This document shows, one piece after another, positions 41,377 through 53,863 of a stretch of DNA of 64,000 nt. The stretch lies in contig OX597817.1 in NCBI GenBank assembly GCA_951406725.2, positions 75,144,001 to 75,208,000 of the forward strand. The letters run 5' to 3'. The notes beneath the pieces are model-generated. The model searched no databases. It was not told the origin of the DNA and worked only from the letters and a program-made list of their open reading frames with translations. Both the position numbers and the translations under genes were made by a program. The DNA comes from Octopus vulgaris (Eukaryota). Positions within the stretch are counted from its first letter, which is position 1. Every line of letters begins with the position of its first letter.

Positions 41377-42668
41377 TGTAAACTATGCTATCATGATAGC
41401 ACACATATTTTGGTGTATAGTTAGTTCTTAATTAAAATCATGTTCTTTGCAGTTTTTTTAACTTTTACTATTTGGTTTCCAAAGTTTATTTTGGACTAGC
41501 ATTTTATGGAAATCTTTGTTGATGTGTACCACAAGAACAATAGTCATATAAACAAGATAAAACCTTTTTGTTACCATATTTCTGTAGAAATATACCACCT
41601 TTCTTTCAATTAGTCCTAAAGTTAATGAAGCATTTAGTAAAATAACTATTATTAAGCTGGTGTTTGGAACATAACATGAAATTTTGCTGAAAGATTTAAA
41701 TTTAGATAACTCTAAAGGGGGAAGTTTGTATCCAATGAAACCAAGCAGTCTCAGGTGGTTTGGTACCAAAAGTGTTAGAGAGTACATTGTTTTGCTTTGT
41801 TACATATTGATCAAAACCGTTGCATTTTAGTAGGTCTCTATGATGAGCCATTTTAAAATCAATCTTACAACTATTAATTCACAATAAAATTTTCTCTTTG
41901 TACCTGCTATTGATCTTGACTTGACCTTCAAACGTTGCATTGATTTGATAAATTTGTAATGCTTGTGTAATTTTAGTTTAAAAAAATAAATGAAATTGTG
42001 AACAATAGTCTCACTAAATATTTGTCTTTCTAAAGAGAAATGTGTATACTTTAGATAACAAGTACATATGAAAGGTTTATAGTCCTTTTATTTTACAAAA
42101 TGATAGTATACGTGTGGTAAAAAAAGGTACCAAAATGACTTGCAACAGACAATGGTCAGTCATGAATCATGATTGAAACTTAGTGAATATATAAAAGCCT
42201 TTTGTTTATTTGAATGTTTCACTTCCCTTGTAAATCATTTTTTTAAACATACTCTGATTCGCCTACATAGCTATGATTTAACCATTTGATATTATCACTC
42301 ATATTTATTCTTTGACAACTGAATAGCTATTGAATTGTAGCTAATCCTCTCATTTTAGCCAGTCATACTTAAGATGATGCTTATCAAACTATCCTTATTT
42401 GGTACAGACTTCACTATTTCTTTTAACTCTTTCTGTTTCTCTTCAATGATACACTTTATAGCTTCAGGGTTTTTTTGTTTGTTTTTTTTTGTTTTAGTCT
42501 TTCATATAGTTTTAGATTTAGTAACTTAGTTTTTCATTGTCTCTAGCTGTTTTTAACATAAGTATATATGAATTCATACATGCACAATCTTGAAGATTTT
42601 ATACATTAAAATTCTTGGAGTATTTTAGCTCCTCACCTCTCTCTCACATATAATTTTTTCTGTTTCAG

Positions 42669-42765
42669 AAATTCCATTACCTGTTCATTTTGAAGCACTG
42701 TTAAAAAGTGGTGAATGGCAGAACAAACCTTCCCCTAAGCCAACTAAATCAACAAATGAACGCAG
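42669..42765 (+). CDS. KANSL1: KANSL1 coding exon (97 bp)
   Basis: tttcAG acceptor, AG|GTATGT donor at 42766. Reads (E)IPLPVHFEALLKSGEWQNKPSPKPTKSTNER, continuing the previous exon in phase and resembling human VPTSLHFQSMLKSQWQNKP. Confidence 0.93.
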
Positions 42766-45179
42766 GTATGTGTATATTTGTCTGAATGGGTATACCTGTC
42801 TATATATTTATATGTCTAAGCGAACTAAATCAACAAATGAACGCAGGTATGTGAATGGGTATACCTGTCTATATATTTATACGTCTGTTACACCCTTAAA
42901 GTTTTCAGCTGAAGGTAGAGGAGTTATACTGAGTAAAGTGGCAGACAAAAGGAGAGCATAGTGAGTGTTTAGTGGGAGAGAGGAAAAATAAGAAACACGG
43001 ATATCATTTAAAGAAAGAACAGCAGTTCTGAACAAATTAGCAGGAAAAATGATGGGGTGGGTGTTAAAAAGAGAGATGTGAAATATATATGAATGCTATA
43101 TGAATGCTATACAGATGTTGGTGCACATATGCTCATGTTACACTAAGAAGTAAGAACTGTAGTAATTTTTTCAGGTGTTAGGGTTATAGGTTAGAATGTT
43201 TGTTGGTGGAAGTGATAGGGATGGTGGAGAATGTAGGGGTTCCTTTCCCCATTTATTGAACTACAATTTATGTTTCTTGGAATTCTCATTTGAACACTTA
43301 CACCTTAGTGCAAGTGATTGTTGTCTGCTAAACAGTGAAGACTGAACCCTCGATATTTTTTTTTATATATTTAAAATATGAATAGTGATAGATGGCATAC
43401 AAAAAAGTATAGGGGTCTGGTAAAACAAGCAGAGGGATGAATCATTACAGTGAGTATGGGAACAGCCAAGAAGTAAAAGAGAGAAAATAGGAATGAAAGA
43501 AAATGAAGTGAGTTGTTACAGCAGATGAGAGAAAGAATTCAACAGTAATTTTGTCTTAGTTTTCTAGAATAGTGACATTTCTATAGATCTGGTTGTCTCA
43601 TAATAATTCTGCTTGTTCCTCTGTTAATTAAACTGTCTGTAACGCTTCCACATGATTAGTGGGAGAGGTAGTGGTGAGTGAAATGTATTATTTTTTAATT
43701 TAACCAAGTTTTTTTCCTCCATGCAGTCACGTGAGATGAAGGGAAAGGTGAAGAGTAAAATAAAAAAAAAAAGAGGGAGAGTGCTGTGTATTAAGTCTAC
43801 AAAATTGTGCATGAAGTATATGAAGAGCATTATAGTATTCCAACTTCCTTCACTTTTCGATGATAAGCAGATGAGCGACTATCTTTCGATACAGACACAA
43901 CACAGACAAGTTTTCAGAAATAACCCAATAAGCTTACCATTCCATGAAATATTCATGGATTCCGCTAGTTATGATTATTACATTTAGATAGCTCCATAGG
44001 TAAATTACTAGCCTACAGTGAAGTTATGAGGTTAAACTTTGTCAGTTATTTGTATTGTACTTTTAGACAAAACACTTATTTTACTTTGCTTTAAATTCCT
44101 AAAAATGGTTGCCACTTCTGTACGTAGTGTTAGAAAAGATACTTCATTATAAAAGTACTTGTGAAAATTTGCTTTGCATGTGTACACACACTTGCAAATT
44201 CTATGTTAGCATGGATATTGAAAAGTATGGCTGTGTTATAACCAAAGTCTTGAGTAAAGTTTGGGAAACTGAAAGAAGCCCATTGTGTGGAGGTGTGAAC
44301 TGTGTGGTTAAGAAATTTGCTTCCCAACCACATGATTTCAGGATCATTCCTACAGCATAGCACCTTGGGCAAATGTTGCCTACTATATCTCCAGATTGAT
44401 AGAAGAAAACTGATAGAAATTTGTGTCTCCTTGTCTTGACTTTGCATGATTGTTATAAATGAATGATTGATGTCCTTTCCAATATTCTGCAAAAATATGC
44501 CTGGCTATAGGTGAGGGTTGGTATTAGGAACAGCATCCAGCTGTAGAAAATTTGCCTCAGTAAACTCTGTCTGACCAATGCGAGCATGAAAAAAGTATTT
44601 AAAATAATGATGTGTGTGTTTGAATCTCCTTAAATTGATACTGTAGTTGTGAGTTTCACTATCATACAAGCAGTATCTTTCATTTCCAGTGTTCTGTGAA
44701 AGTATGTTTGGCTATAGGGAAAAATTACCTTTCTTGACAACAAGAGGGATGGTGACAGGAAGAATACCTAACCATCAAGAATCTGCCTCATTAAACTCCA
44801 TCTGACCAGTGCAAACATAGACTTGGAAACAATGAATGTTAACATGATGATGAAAGTAGAGGAAGCAATGTAGAGAATTAATTCAGGGTAATTAGAGAAA
44901 GTGTTGAATAAGTTTTAAACTTAATTGTAGCTGATGTATGTAATATTTAGTAAAATTAATTTTAAAAAAAGGGTTGCATCATAATTCAAAATTTTTATTA
45001 TATAAACCTATTTATAGCAGAATTTAATAAATACAATAACCAAGTTTTATGAGATAATTGAAATGATATATAAGTGAATGTATTGGAATATTTATAAGTT
45101 AATATGAGGATTTTTTCTTCATAACAAGATTTGTTCTGTATTTTATTGTCAAATTATTAATAGTTTGGGTGTTCTAAAC

Positions 45180-45605
45180 AGTGGCCAGAATATAAGCAGG
45201 TTGGATAAAGTTCAAGAAATTATTAGCTCTACCGGAACAAAAATTTCTCCCTCAGTGTGAAAGGCAGATTGTGTAATTCTTGTAAGAAAAGTATGATGCT
45301 ATACGGTGGTGAGAAGTAGGTCTTGAATGCAGAGGATTTGAAAAGATCAGAAAGAAATGAATTAGGTATGCTTTACTGTTTGTGTAAAGAAGCATGAGTA
45401 AGGTGAGAATATAACTGGATATTAGAGATATCAGACGTAGTATGTCAGACTGAGGAAGACTTGAAGTAATGTCGGCTGAGATTGATCTCACAATGTTGCA
45501 TCTCACCAAGGGGATAGATGCTATGTGGTAGAAGACCCAACCTCTTGTTGCAAACAAGACAAAATGTACATTCAAATAAAGGCAGGAATGGATTGATGGA
45601 TGTTG
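45180..45605 (+). mobile_element. Decayed RTE-LINE fragment
   Basis: Reads VARI*AGWIKFKKLL/FSLSVKGRLCNSC/MMLYGGEK*VLNAEDLKRSERNELGML. Confidence 0.68.
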
Positions 45606-45607
45606 GA

Positions 45608-45609
<2 letters not shown>

Positions 45610-45690
<81 letters not shown>
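45610..45690. repeat. (TA)n microsatellite, about 35 units
   Basis: Read directly. Other compound microsatellites lie at 15432-15500, 15785-15811, 17770-17854, 21566-21640 and 41337-41373. Confidence 0.95.
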
Positions 45691-45694
<4 letters not shown>

Positions 45695-46024
45695 TATTTG
45701 AACATTTTGCCTATTTTGTACCTGTTAAGACCCCATCTTTTGCTCCATTTATCTTTTTCTCATTTCTTTGTTAATTGATGTTGCCACTTTTCCATTACAT
45801 AGACAAGCACTATGTGAATTATGTATTGTTAGTTTTTAAATTGTAAATTGCTTTATTTTAGATTGAATACCTAATTTAATATAAAAAGATACAGAAGTGA
45901 ATGAAATTTAAATATATGCGTTTCCTTAGGATTGGTTATTAAATCGATTGACTTGATTTTTATGCAAGTAGCCTATGAGTTCCATGCATTGAATTGAGGG
46001 CAGTATGATTCGTGTGGTTTTTAA

Positions 46025-46243
46025 CCCTTTAGCATTTAAACTGGCCATATCCAGCCCAAGTATTCTACCTGTTTTATGTTCAAACTGACCAGATCCAGCC
46101 TCTTACATCAACTCTACACTGTCATTCTAAAAATAAACTATGGCATCATTGTAATCTCAAAGCTATGAGATAATGCATGATTATTTCAAAACAGTGTGAA
46201 TAAATAAGCATCAAATTTGATGAGTAATGTGAACGTTAAAGGG
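46025..46243. mobile_element. piggyBac-type MITE family B (~220 bp)
   Basis: TTAA|CCCTTTAGCATT ... AACGTTAAAGGG|TTGA. Relatives lie at 48128-48342, 51017-51143 (internally deleted) and 56797-56970 (inverted). Confidence 0.8.
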
Positions 46244-48950
46244 TTGATAAAGGGCTTAAGAACACTTTGGGTGTGGTTAATGTTGGCAGAAAGGAGGTCA
46301 TAGAGTGAAGTAATCCTTTAAATGAAGGACATTTCATTTGTACTGTACTTTATTATAAACACGACCTACATAGTATATCAATTAAAATGTCATCATGTTC
46401 TGCTAACTTGTACAAGAAAAATGCTTCCTGGTAGGTGATTACCATTCTGTAATTATACCGTTATGAAACATATTGAATAAAAAAAAAAAATATGCAGATG
46501 TGATTGTGCAGTTGAGAAGTTTGCTTCCTAGCGGTATTTGGATCCTGGATGTTTTCTTCTATAACCTCAGGCTGTGACCGAAGCCTTGTGAATGGATTTA
46601 ATAGGCAGAGACTGAAAAAGGCTGTGTTGGTTGTAAACAAACATCATACAAATGTCGTTATTCATTTCCATATCTGACCAAGAGGAAATATTATCTTGCT
46701 AAGAAACAGTTGAGTGTTTGTAACTGGAAGACCTAAGGAAATCTGTTTCAACAAATTCATCTAACCCATGCAAGCATGATGGTGATAACTGTTATTTGTA
46801 ACTTTTGGTATACAGTTTTTGTATAAAACGGCTTATATGAATGATTCTCTTATCACTGCTCATTTTTCTCAAAAGTGATTAACATACAACATGACTGACA
46901 TTCAGCTAAATTCAGAAATGTTTTTGAAAGGTTTCTGTCTCTAGGTATATTTAAAATACTAATAAAATGTTTCAATTTCATTTTAGTTGTGTGGGCATAA
47001 GTATTTATGAATATCACAAGCAATGCAAATAAAATTGAAGTCTTAGAAATTTACTTGAATAGATTGGTTCCTGTGGTGTGCATAGAAATTAGAGATAAGA
47101 TGAAAATAGATTTTTTTTTTTTTAATTATGCTCTTCCTTGTGATATTCCCCAATGGTTTTAAAAACAAAGACAACCTTCTTTGAAAAGAATAATATTAAA
47201 AAGGAAACCTACAGAAATTCTTCAACTAAGTATGGTGTTATGGTTAATTTTCTGGGTGGTTTTTGACTGAAATTTATTTTGTGTGTGTATGTGATTTTTT
47301 TAAAATATAAATTTTGATTTCTTGTTTGTATGTATCCATATTTTACTCTACTGTTTTGTGTGTGTGTCAGGGTGCTTTATTTTTATTTCCCTTGGTAAAG
47401 TTTTGTATTAAAAAAAAATGTAAATTACAGCTTCTTCAGTAGTATTTACTTGTGATAACATAGACAGTGATAAAAATGGGAGCAATTTAAGTAGATGCAA
47501 TTACGTTTTTACAGGTGAATGTCTGATTTAGCATGAGATGGGTGTAATTTGGGTTTTAGAGGTTTGCTAAGTCATAGGTGTTAAGAGTAAACTCCCAACC
47601 TTTATTAAGTTTATGAGAAGTAAAATGTTATTGTGTGATATTTGCATCGTTTAACATCGGTTTTTCCTTGCTGACTTGATTTAGAGAGATCTGCTGCACA
47701 GTATGTTATCACTTCTCATCTTCTGTCATCTTTTCAGTGTGAAGCAAAATCCTGTTATCTAACTCACTTGTTTTCGTCTTACTTTGCTAATATTAGGATG
47801 AGGCAGTTTTTCACTCATCTGTCTTAGTCTTTTTCTATTATGTCTGAATGCAGTCATATTGACCGATTCCTTTAGTGTCCATCATTATGCGATGTTGTCT
47901 TGTATGCTATAGTAAATGGTTGAGTGGTGATCATGATTCACTCTCTGACCTCTATTAGTAACTCATAATAATTTGTCTTGTTTGTTAAGAATTGTTCATT
48001 AATCTGAACTGGTAAAATTTGCACCTCTTTGTAACAATGGCAATGCTCTGCCTTTTTGAAAAAGGGTGAAGATTTAAGTGTATAAATGAATGTAACCAAT
48101 TTGAGATTCTTGCACAGTGAATAGATATTTAGCATTGAAACCTACCATATTCAGCCCAAGTATCCTACCTGCTTTATGTTCAAGCTGGCCAGATCCAGCC
48201 TCTTACACAAACTCTACAATATCATTCTAAAAATAAACTATGACATCATGAAATCTGAAAGCTATGAGATAATGCATGATTATTTCAAAACAATGCAAAT
48301 AAATAAGCATCTAATTTAATGAGTAATGTGAATGCTAAAAGCTTAATAAAGGGCTTAAAATCATTTTGAATGTGGTTAATGTTGGCAGAAAGGAAGTCAT
48401 AGAGTAAAGTAATCCTTTAAATGAAGGATGTTTCATTCAATGCATGGAACTCATAGATTATTTGCATTAAAATCAAGTCAGTCGATTTAGTAACCAATCT
48501 TGGGGAAATATATATATTTAAATTTCATTCACTTCTGTATCAATTTATATTAAATTAGTTATTTAATGTAAAATAAAGCAATTTAAAGTTAAAAACTAAC
48601 CATACATAATTCATATAGTGCTTGTCTATGTAATGAAAAAGTTTACATTTGATATCTAAAGTATCAGTTTCATGGTAATTTGTGTAAAAGTGGGAGGTAG
48701 GAAGAATCACAAACAGCATATGTATGTTTTATTTTCATGTGGCTAATATAATTTTCTGAATTTAGGCAGTGAGAATCACACAGGGTTGAACTTTGTCACT
48801 TGTGTACAAGTATATGAAAAAATATAAAAATTTAATTTTAGAATATTTTTTTTTAAATTCTGTTTTAAATTTAGCCCTGTAAAGCTTTACTTACAGGTAT
48901 TTGACTTCAAGCATTTTACACAACTTGATTCTGATCATTTATATTTCCAG

Positions 48951-49033
48951 AAGGCAAAAACTTTTACAAAATGAAGCTCGACGTACCAGCAAAAAGTTGA
49001 AAAATGCTGCAGCAGTGTTGCTGTCATCAGCTA
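48951..49033 (+). CDS. KANSL1: KANSL1 coding exon (83 bp)
   Basis: atttccAG acceptor, A|GTAAGT donor at 49034. Reads (R)RQKLLQNEARRTSKKLKNAAAVLLSSA. Its phases (2 in, 1 out) are required to bridge the neighbouring exons. Confidence 0.85.
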
Positions 49034-49397
49034 GTAAGTGTCTTTAGAAATACTTATTAAATTTATTTCTTTAAATAAATAGAATCACTAAATGGATATG
49101 AAAATGACTTAATGATTCTTATCCTGCCATTTGTGATATCTCTTGTATCTTGACAGTGCTGCATACTCTAATTATACCCATCTTGGATAAAATAGATGGT
49201 TCTTCCAGCACATTTCTAGAAATGTGCAACTAACTCTTAACCATTGTAGCAGAAAATTAACAACTGATAAATTACATTTACTTTGTGTATGAATAAATAT
49301 ATATGTATATTTGGGAAGAGGTTTACAATTGCAGAAATATGTTGGAGATTGTCAAGTATTAACTGGTTTCTATTATACTTGTATATTTTATTTTCAG

Positions 49398-49589
49398 AAT
49401 TCAGAAGTCGATATGACAAAAAACCTGTACAGAAATCTCGTCCACCTTCAACTTCACCTGTCTCACTGACTATGACCACATCATCAGCCACATCGTCCTC
49501 TTTGCCTACAACTCCGCAAAACAAAGTGACAGATAAACGTCTCTGTAGAACTGAAATCAAGAAACGCAGGGCAGCACAGTTGGCTATTG
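49398..49589 (+). CDS. KANSL1: KANSL1 coding exon (192 bp), Ser/Thr-rich and basic
   Basis: ttttcAG acceptor, G|GTGAGT donor at 49590. Reads (K)FRSRYDKKPVQKSRPPSTSPVS...TEIKKRRAAQLAI, open and phase-compatible (1/1). Confidence 0.9.
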
Positions 49590-50608
49590 GTGAGTTAATC
49601 AAATGACTAGTAGGTATTCATCTTATAGCATATGACTATTTGGTTTGGCAATTTTAATTTTATGCTTTTTCTGTTTTGATAGTTATTTTCAAATATAACT
49701 TACATTTAAAAATAGCTCTGTTCTGCAGTTTACTTTTTCTGTGATAGTTTTGTTGGACCTAGTAGTCAGGAAATTTTGGTCTAGAATCCTTGAAAATAAA
49801 TTATACTTCTTTAATATTTTGGAAATTATCTTCAGAGAAACTGCAGCATGTTTGCATTTGTCAGTGTACCAGCACTGGCGAGAAGGGGAGATAATTCTTA
49901 ACTTTGCTAGATGTTATGCAGTTTGACCTACTTAAATATCGAGTTTCATCATTGTTTTACATTTCTCTGTGCTTACCTTTATGGCGTAAGTCAGTTCCTA
50001 TTTGGAGAACACTTTGCTGTATCTTGCATTTTTGGCATGAGTTCTACAGCTGGATACTTTTCCTCGAGACCAACCAATGAGTGCATGATATACATTCTAT
50101 TGAAGCACTAATTCTAGAGACGTTTCCTTGTTCCAAGTAAGACTAAAGAGTTCTCTCTACATCACTATTTTACACTGTTTCTGTTTATTAAATGTCAAAA
50201 AACGAAGTTGATGGATAAAAGAATAAAGGGAGAAAACCAGAATGTACAGTATGAAAAATGAAAGGAAATAACTACATGTTGGTTATTGGTACAGCATGAG
50301 CTACATGATAGAGGTAGAAAGTGATAGGAAGGGGACAAGGTGATGTCAATACCGAGTGGTAGGGACGGGTCTAATGGCGGGAGAAAAGTGTGTGTGTGTT
50401 GGTTAGTAGTAAGGAAAGAAAATTAGATATAGGTGTATATAATGTATTTTCTCTTTTTTCCTCAATTATTTAATCTTGGAGATATTGATAGGCTAATAAG
50501 GAGTTGTATTTAATAATGATAAATTAAATTGGTACTATTTGAATTGTTCATTGATTTTGTTTATTTAAACAGCATTTTTAAGCTTATTTTATTTTTTTTT
50601 GTTCACAG

Positions 50609-50879
50609 CTCTGAAGAAATTACCTTCGCGTTCTCTTTCATTGGGCAGCGGCAGACTTGGAAAGCGGAGGTTTAGAATGACCTCTGAATCCTCTGGTTTG
50701 AAAGATGCTTCGTCTGCAATGAATTTTCCTTCATATACTTTTAAAGAAATGAAGGAAGCTACATTAAGGAAAAGACGTGGGGAGAGTGCCTTTGATATCA
50801 ATAATATTGTCATTCCGTATAGTATGGCTGCTTCTACCAGAGTCGAAAAGTTACAATATAAAGAAATAGTAACGCCAAA
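50609..50879 (+). CDS. KANSL1: KANSL1 coding exon (271 bp), start of MOF-binding/PEHE region
   Basis: ttcacAG acceptor, AA|GTGAGT donor at 50880. Encodes [37 protein letters not shown], nearly identical to the KANSL1 hallmark [36 protein letters not shown]. Confidence 0.96.
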
Positions 50880-51421
50880 GTGAGTTTTTATAAATAACTT
50901 TACCTATAGAAAAATATAAGACAGGGGAAACACTGCCATTATGAGAATATCTCTTGTAGGATTGCAACATAGAATTAGATCATTACCCAGTAAATACAAT
51001 AAGATACCTTGCTTAACTCTTTAACATTTAAAACTGGCTAGATCTAGCCTCTCAAACCTATCTTAGAATATCATTCTTTAAATAAATTCAAAACATGAAT
51101 AAATAAGCATGACATTTGACACAGTAATTTGAATGCTAAAGGGTTAAAAAGTACCTGCTGTTCAGTATTTGAGACTCTTAGGGACCCTTTTGCTTGAAAT
51201 ATTTTACTTGTATTTTAAAAACACTGTAATTTAATTATAATTCACTTCATCATGAACAATTGTAAACTTCCGCGATTGTAGTTTCTTTGAGTTTATGAAT
51301 TTAAACTTCCAGTTCACGGTTAAAAGGCTAAATGTATCCAAATAAATTTATTGATGTAATGTAATTTTAAATCATTTCTTAAATTTCATATCTTTATAAA
51401 GAAAATATTATTGTTTACCAG

Positions 51422-51611
51422 GTGGCGAGAAATTGGAGAAGATTCTTCTGAGTCTAAAACTGAAACTGAAGGAATCAGTTCATCTGTAAAGTCTCCTTGT
51501 ACCACAATAAAGGAAGCTATTTCTGGCAAGACCAATGGTATCATAGTTCCAGCTCATATTAAGAATGAAAGTGATGATGAAACTGAGACAAATGATGCTG
51601 AGGATGATGAG
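51422..51611 (+). CDS. KANSL1: KANSL1 coding exon (190 bp), PEHE 'P-x-W-R' and acidic linker
   Basis: ttaccAG acceptor, GAG|GTATGG donor at 51612. Reads (K)WREIGEDSSES...NDAEDDE, completing TPKWRE across the junction. Ends in phase 0. Confidence 0.94.
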
Positions 51612-52037
51612 GTATGGTATCATACAATTGAAATTATTAAAAATCATTAAGAAAAACAAGATTAGTGAAAATAAATTTAAGAACTTTACAATTTTTTTGT
51701 TCCTCTCTAACTCCATGTATTTTTTTTTTTTTTTTGAGTATGTTGGATTTATACTGAAAAAACAAGATTTTGCATATAAAGCATAATAGATTATTCTAGC
51801 TTGCTTACTGCAATTTTTTTTGGTCTTCAAAATAGTACACATTGTTAGTTCATGGCTCATGTAATTTGAGACAATTTGTGTTGTAAAAGTGCTGTTGTTG
51901 CAATATATCCTAGTAATTTATATGGATAATATTCATCTTCACATAAACTTTTGATATTAGCCACTATACTTAAATAGCCACTTGTGACAGTAGCACTAGA
52001 TTAATGTCTTATGATTTCTATGTTTTCTTCATAGACT

Positions 52038-52468
52038 CATCATCATTTAATGTCTGTTTTCTATGCTGGCATGGGTTGGATGGTTTGACATGTAGTTGGC
52101 TAGCTGGGAGCTGTCCAGACTCCAATTGTCTGTTGTGACATGGTTTTTACAGCTGGATGCCCTTCCTAACCCAACCACTTAAGTGCGTGCTGGGTGCTTT
52201 TATGTGTGTTTACACAGCACTGGCACATGAAAGGACAAGCCCATGTTTATGGAGGACAGCGGTTTTTACTTGATGAGTCTTATCAAGCACAACAAATTGC
52301 CACATTTCCCAGTCCCTTGCCATTTCCTCAGTGAGGCCCAGTGTCTGAAGATCCTTTCTCACCACTTCGTCCCGTGTCCTCTGGGTCTATCCCTTCCACA
52401 GGTTCCCTCCACAATTAGAGCTCGACGCTTTATGTTGTTGTCCCCATCCATATGCATCACATGACCAA
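52038..52468 (-). mobile_element. 3' end of an RTE-clade LINE in the last KANSL1 intron
   Basis: Minus strand reads GHVMHMDGDNNIKRRALIVEGTCGRDRP/DEVVRKDLQTLGLTEEMARDWEMWQFVVLDKTHQV, followed by a 3' UTR ending in (ATG)n repeats. Confidence 0.78.
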
Positions 52469-52741
52469 ATTATTTTCAAATTCATTATCCAAAAGTTTTT
52501 CAATCTAAGCAAAATCAGTTCAATTTGCCTTATTCTAGTTGTAATCCTTTCATGTCACGCAAAATATTGAGGATGTTGATAATTCTAACTAAATTGGCCA
52601 GAATCATTTTACTCTAATTGATTCACTTAATAATAATGAAATAATATTAGTGATTGTATTACATCCTTCTTTGTTATAGCTGTTTTCAATAGTAGTTCAG
52701 TGATGAATATTTGAATATAATAAACTTTTATTTCTTTCCAG

Positions 52742-53863
52742 CTTCCCATAGAAGATCTATCTGATGAACTTTACATACAGCGGCATGCAAAGTGTGAAAT
52801 TCAAGAAAAGAAAAGATTTGTATCATATTTTCAACATGGCAGGCGCAGTAATCGCTCTGTGAGGTTAGATGATTCTGATCCAATTTCTCCTGAATCTGTT
52901 AGCTTAATGGACAGCAATTCTATGGTTGGTTCTCCGACTCACTCATTGACTTCTAGCCGTCATGGCAATGAAAGCTTACACTCAGTGGCATCACAGTTTC
53001 CCCCTCTACCACCTTTGCTACAATTACAGGTTCAATCCCCTTCCCAGTCTGTTACAAACCCAAACCTACACAAACATCCTTCAATGCAATCTGTCACTGA
53101 GTCAAAGTCTTTCTTTGCATCAATAGACGACGCATCTGATGAATTAAAACAGCTGGAAAACCAACAAAATGTGTTAGACAAATCCTCTTTACATCGTGAA
53201 GAAATGGGGGATGTCAATAACAAACACCAACAGAGTCTGCTCACATCCTGTCAGTCAGCAAGTGGTTCTAAAAAGCAGTCTTTTGAACAAACTCTTTTGA
53301 AATCAGAAGGAGCAGAACATTCTCATCAGATGCTGGCAGGTTATAAGCTATCGCCAGCATCATCAACACTTCATCATTCATCTAAGTTGACTCCTCCTCA
53401 AGCTTTTTCATTAGACAGTTGTTTACAGACTCGCCCTTCTACTCCAACCACTTACTCTGCTGGTCAGTTACTAAGATGTAATGACGAGCAGATTGGTAGA
53501 CGGCGGAGTAGTTCTGTGTCAAGAACAGATCGTTTTTCATATGATGATGAAAACATGACCATCTCTCATGAAATGTTTGAGCATTTATGTGTTGAACCTT
53601 GGGTTCCACGGACATTCCCTCTTAGTGAAGAAGACGTTGAAAAATTACATATAGGAAATTCCTCAGTGGAAGTACAGAAAAACCCTTCAACGACCTCTCC
53701 AGAAATTTCTCAAGCTGAACTAGCAACACCTGGAAGCAGCCATCCATGCTCTCCACTGCCCAGCAGTTCCTCCGCTTCAACTACTGAGGATGATCCCAAT
53801 GATCCTGAGTGGAAGGTCATTGGTTCTAAATCTGGTATAGTACTTCGGCTTGCCAAAAGGTGA
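52742..53863 (+). CDS. KANSL1: KANSL1 last coding exon with stop; rest of PEHE domain and C-terminal tail
   Basis: tttccAG acceptor. Reads LPIEDLSDELYIQRHAKCEIQEKKRF (PEHE pattern EDLSD...RH..E..E..R), in frame with track ORF 52859-53863, then PWVPRTFPL and stop TGA at 53861-53863. Confidence 0.95.
   Translation, partial: LPIEDLSDELYIQRHAKCEIQEKKRFVSYFQHGRRSNRSVRLDDSDPISPESVSLMDSNSMVGSPTHSLTSSRHGNESLHSVASQFPPLPPLLQLQVQSPSQSVTNPNLHKHPSMQSVTESKSFFASIDDASDELKQLENQQNVLDKSSLHREEMGDVNNKHQQSLLTSCQSASGSKKQSFEQTLLKSEGAEHSHQMLAGYKLSPASSTLHHSSKLTPPQAFSLDSCLQTRPSTPTTYSAGQLLRCNDEQIGRRRSSSVSRTDRFSYDDENMTISHEMFEHLCVEPWVPRTFPLSEEDVEKLHIGNSSVEVQKNPSTTSPEISQAELATPGSSHPCSPLPSSSSASTTEDDPNDPEWKVIGSKSGIVLRLAKR

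Noticed and set aside
45252-45705. 147-aa and 86-aa ORFs with (YI)n
   Set aside because: Translation of a (TA)n microsatellite plus an antisense LINE fragment.
52859-53863. 334-aa ORF as a standalone gene
   Set aside because: It is the in-frame continuation of the last KANSL1 exon, which starts at 52742.
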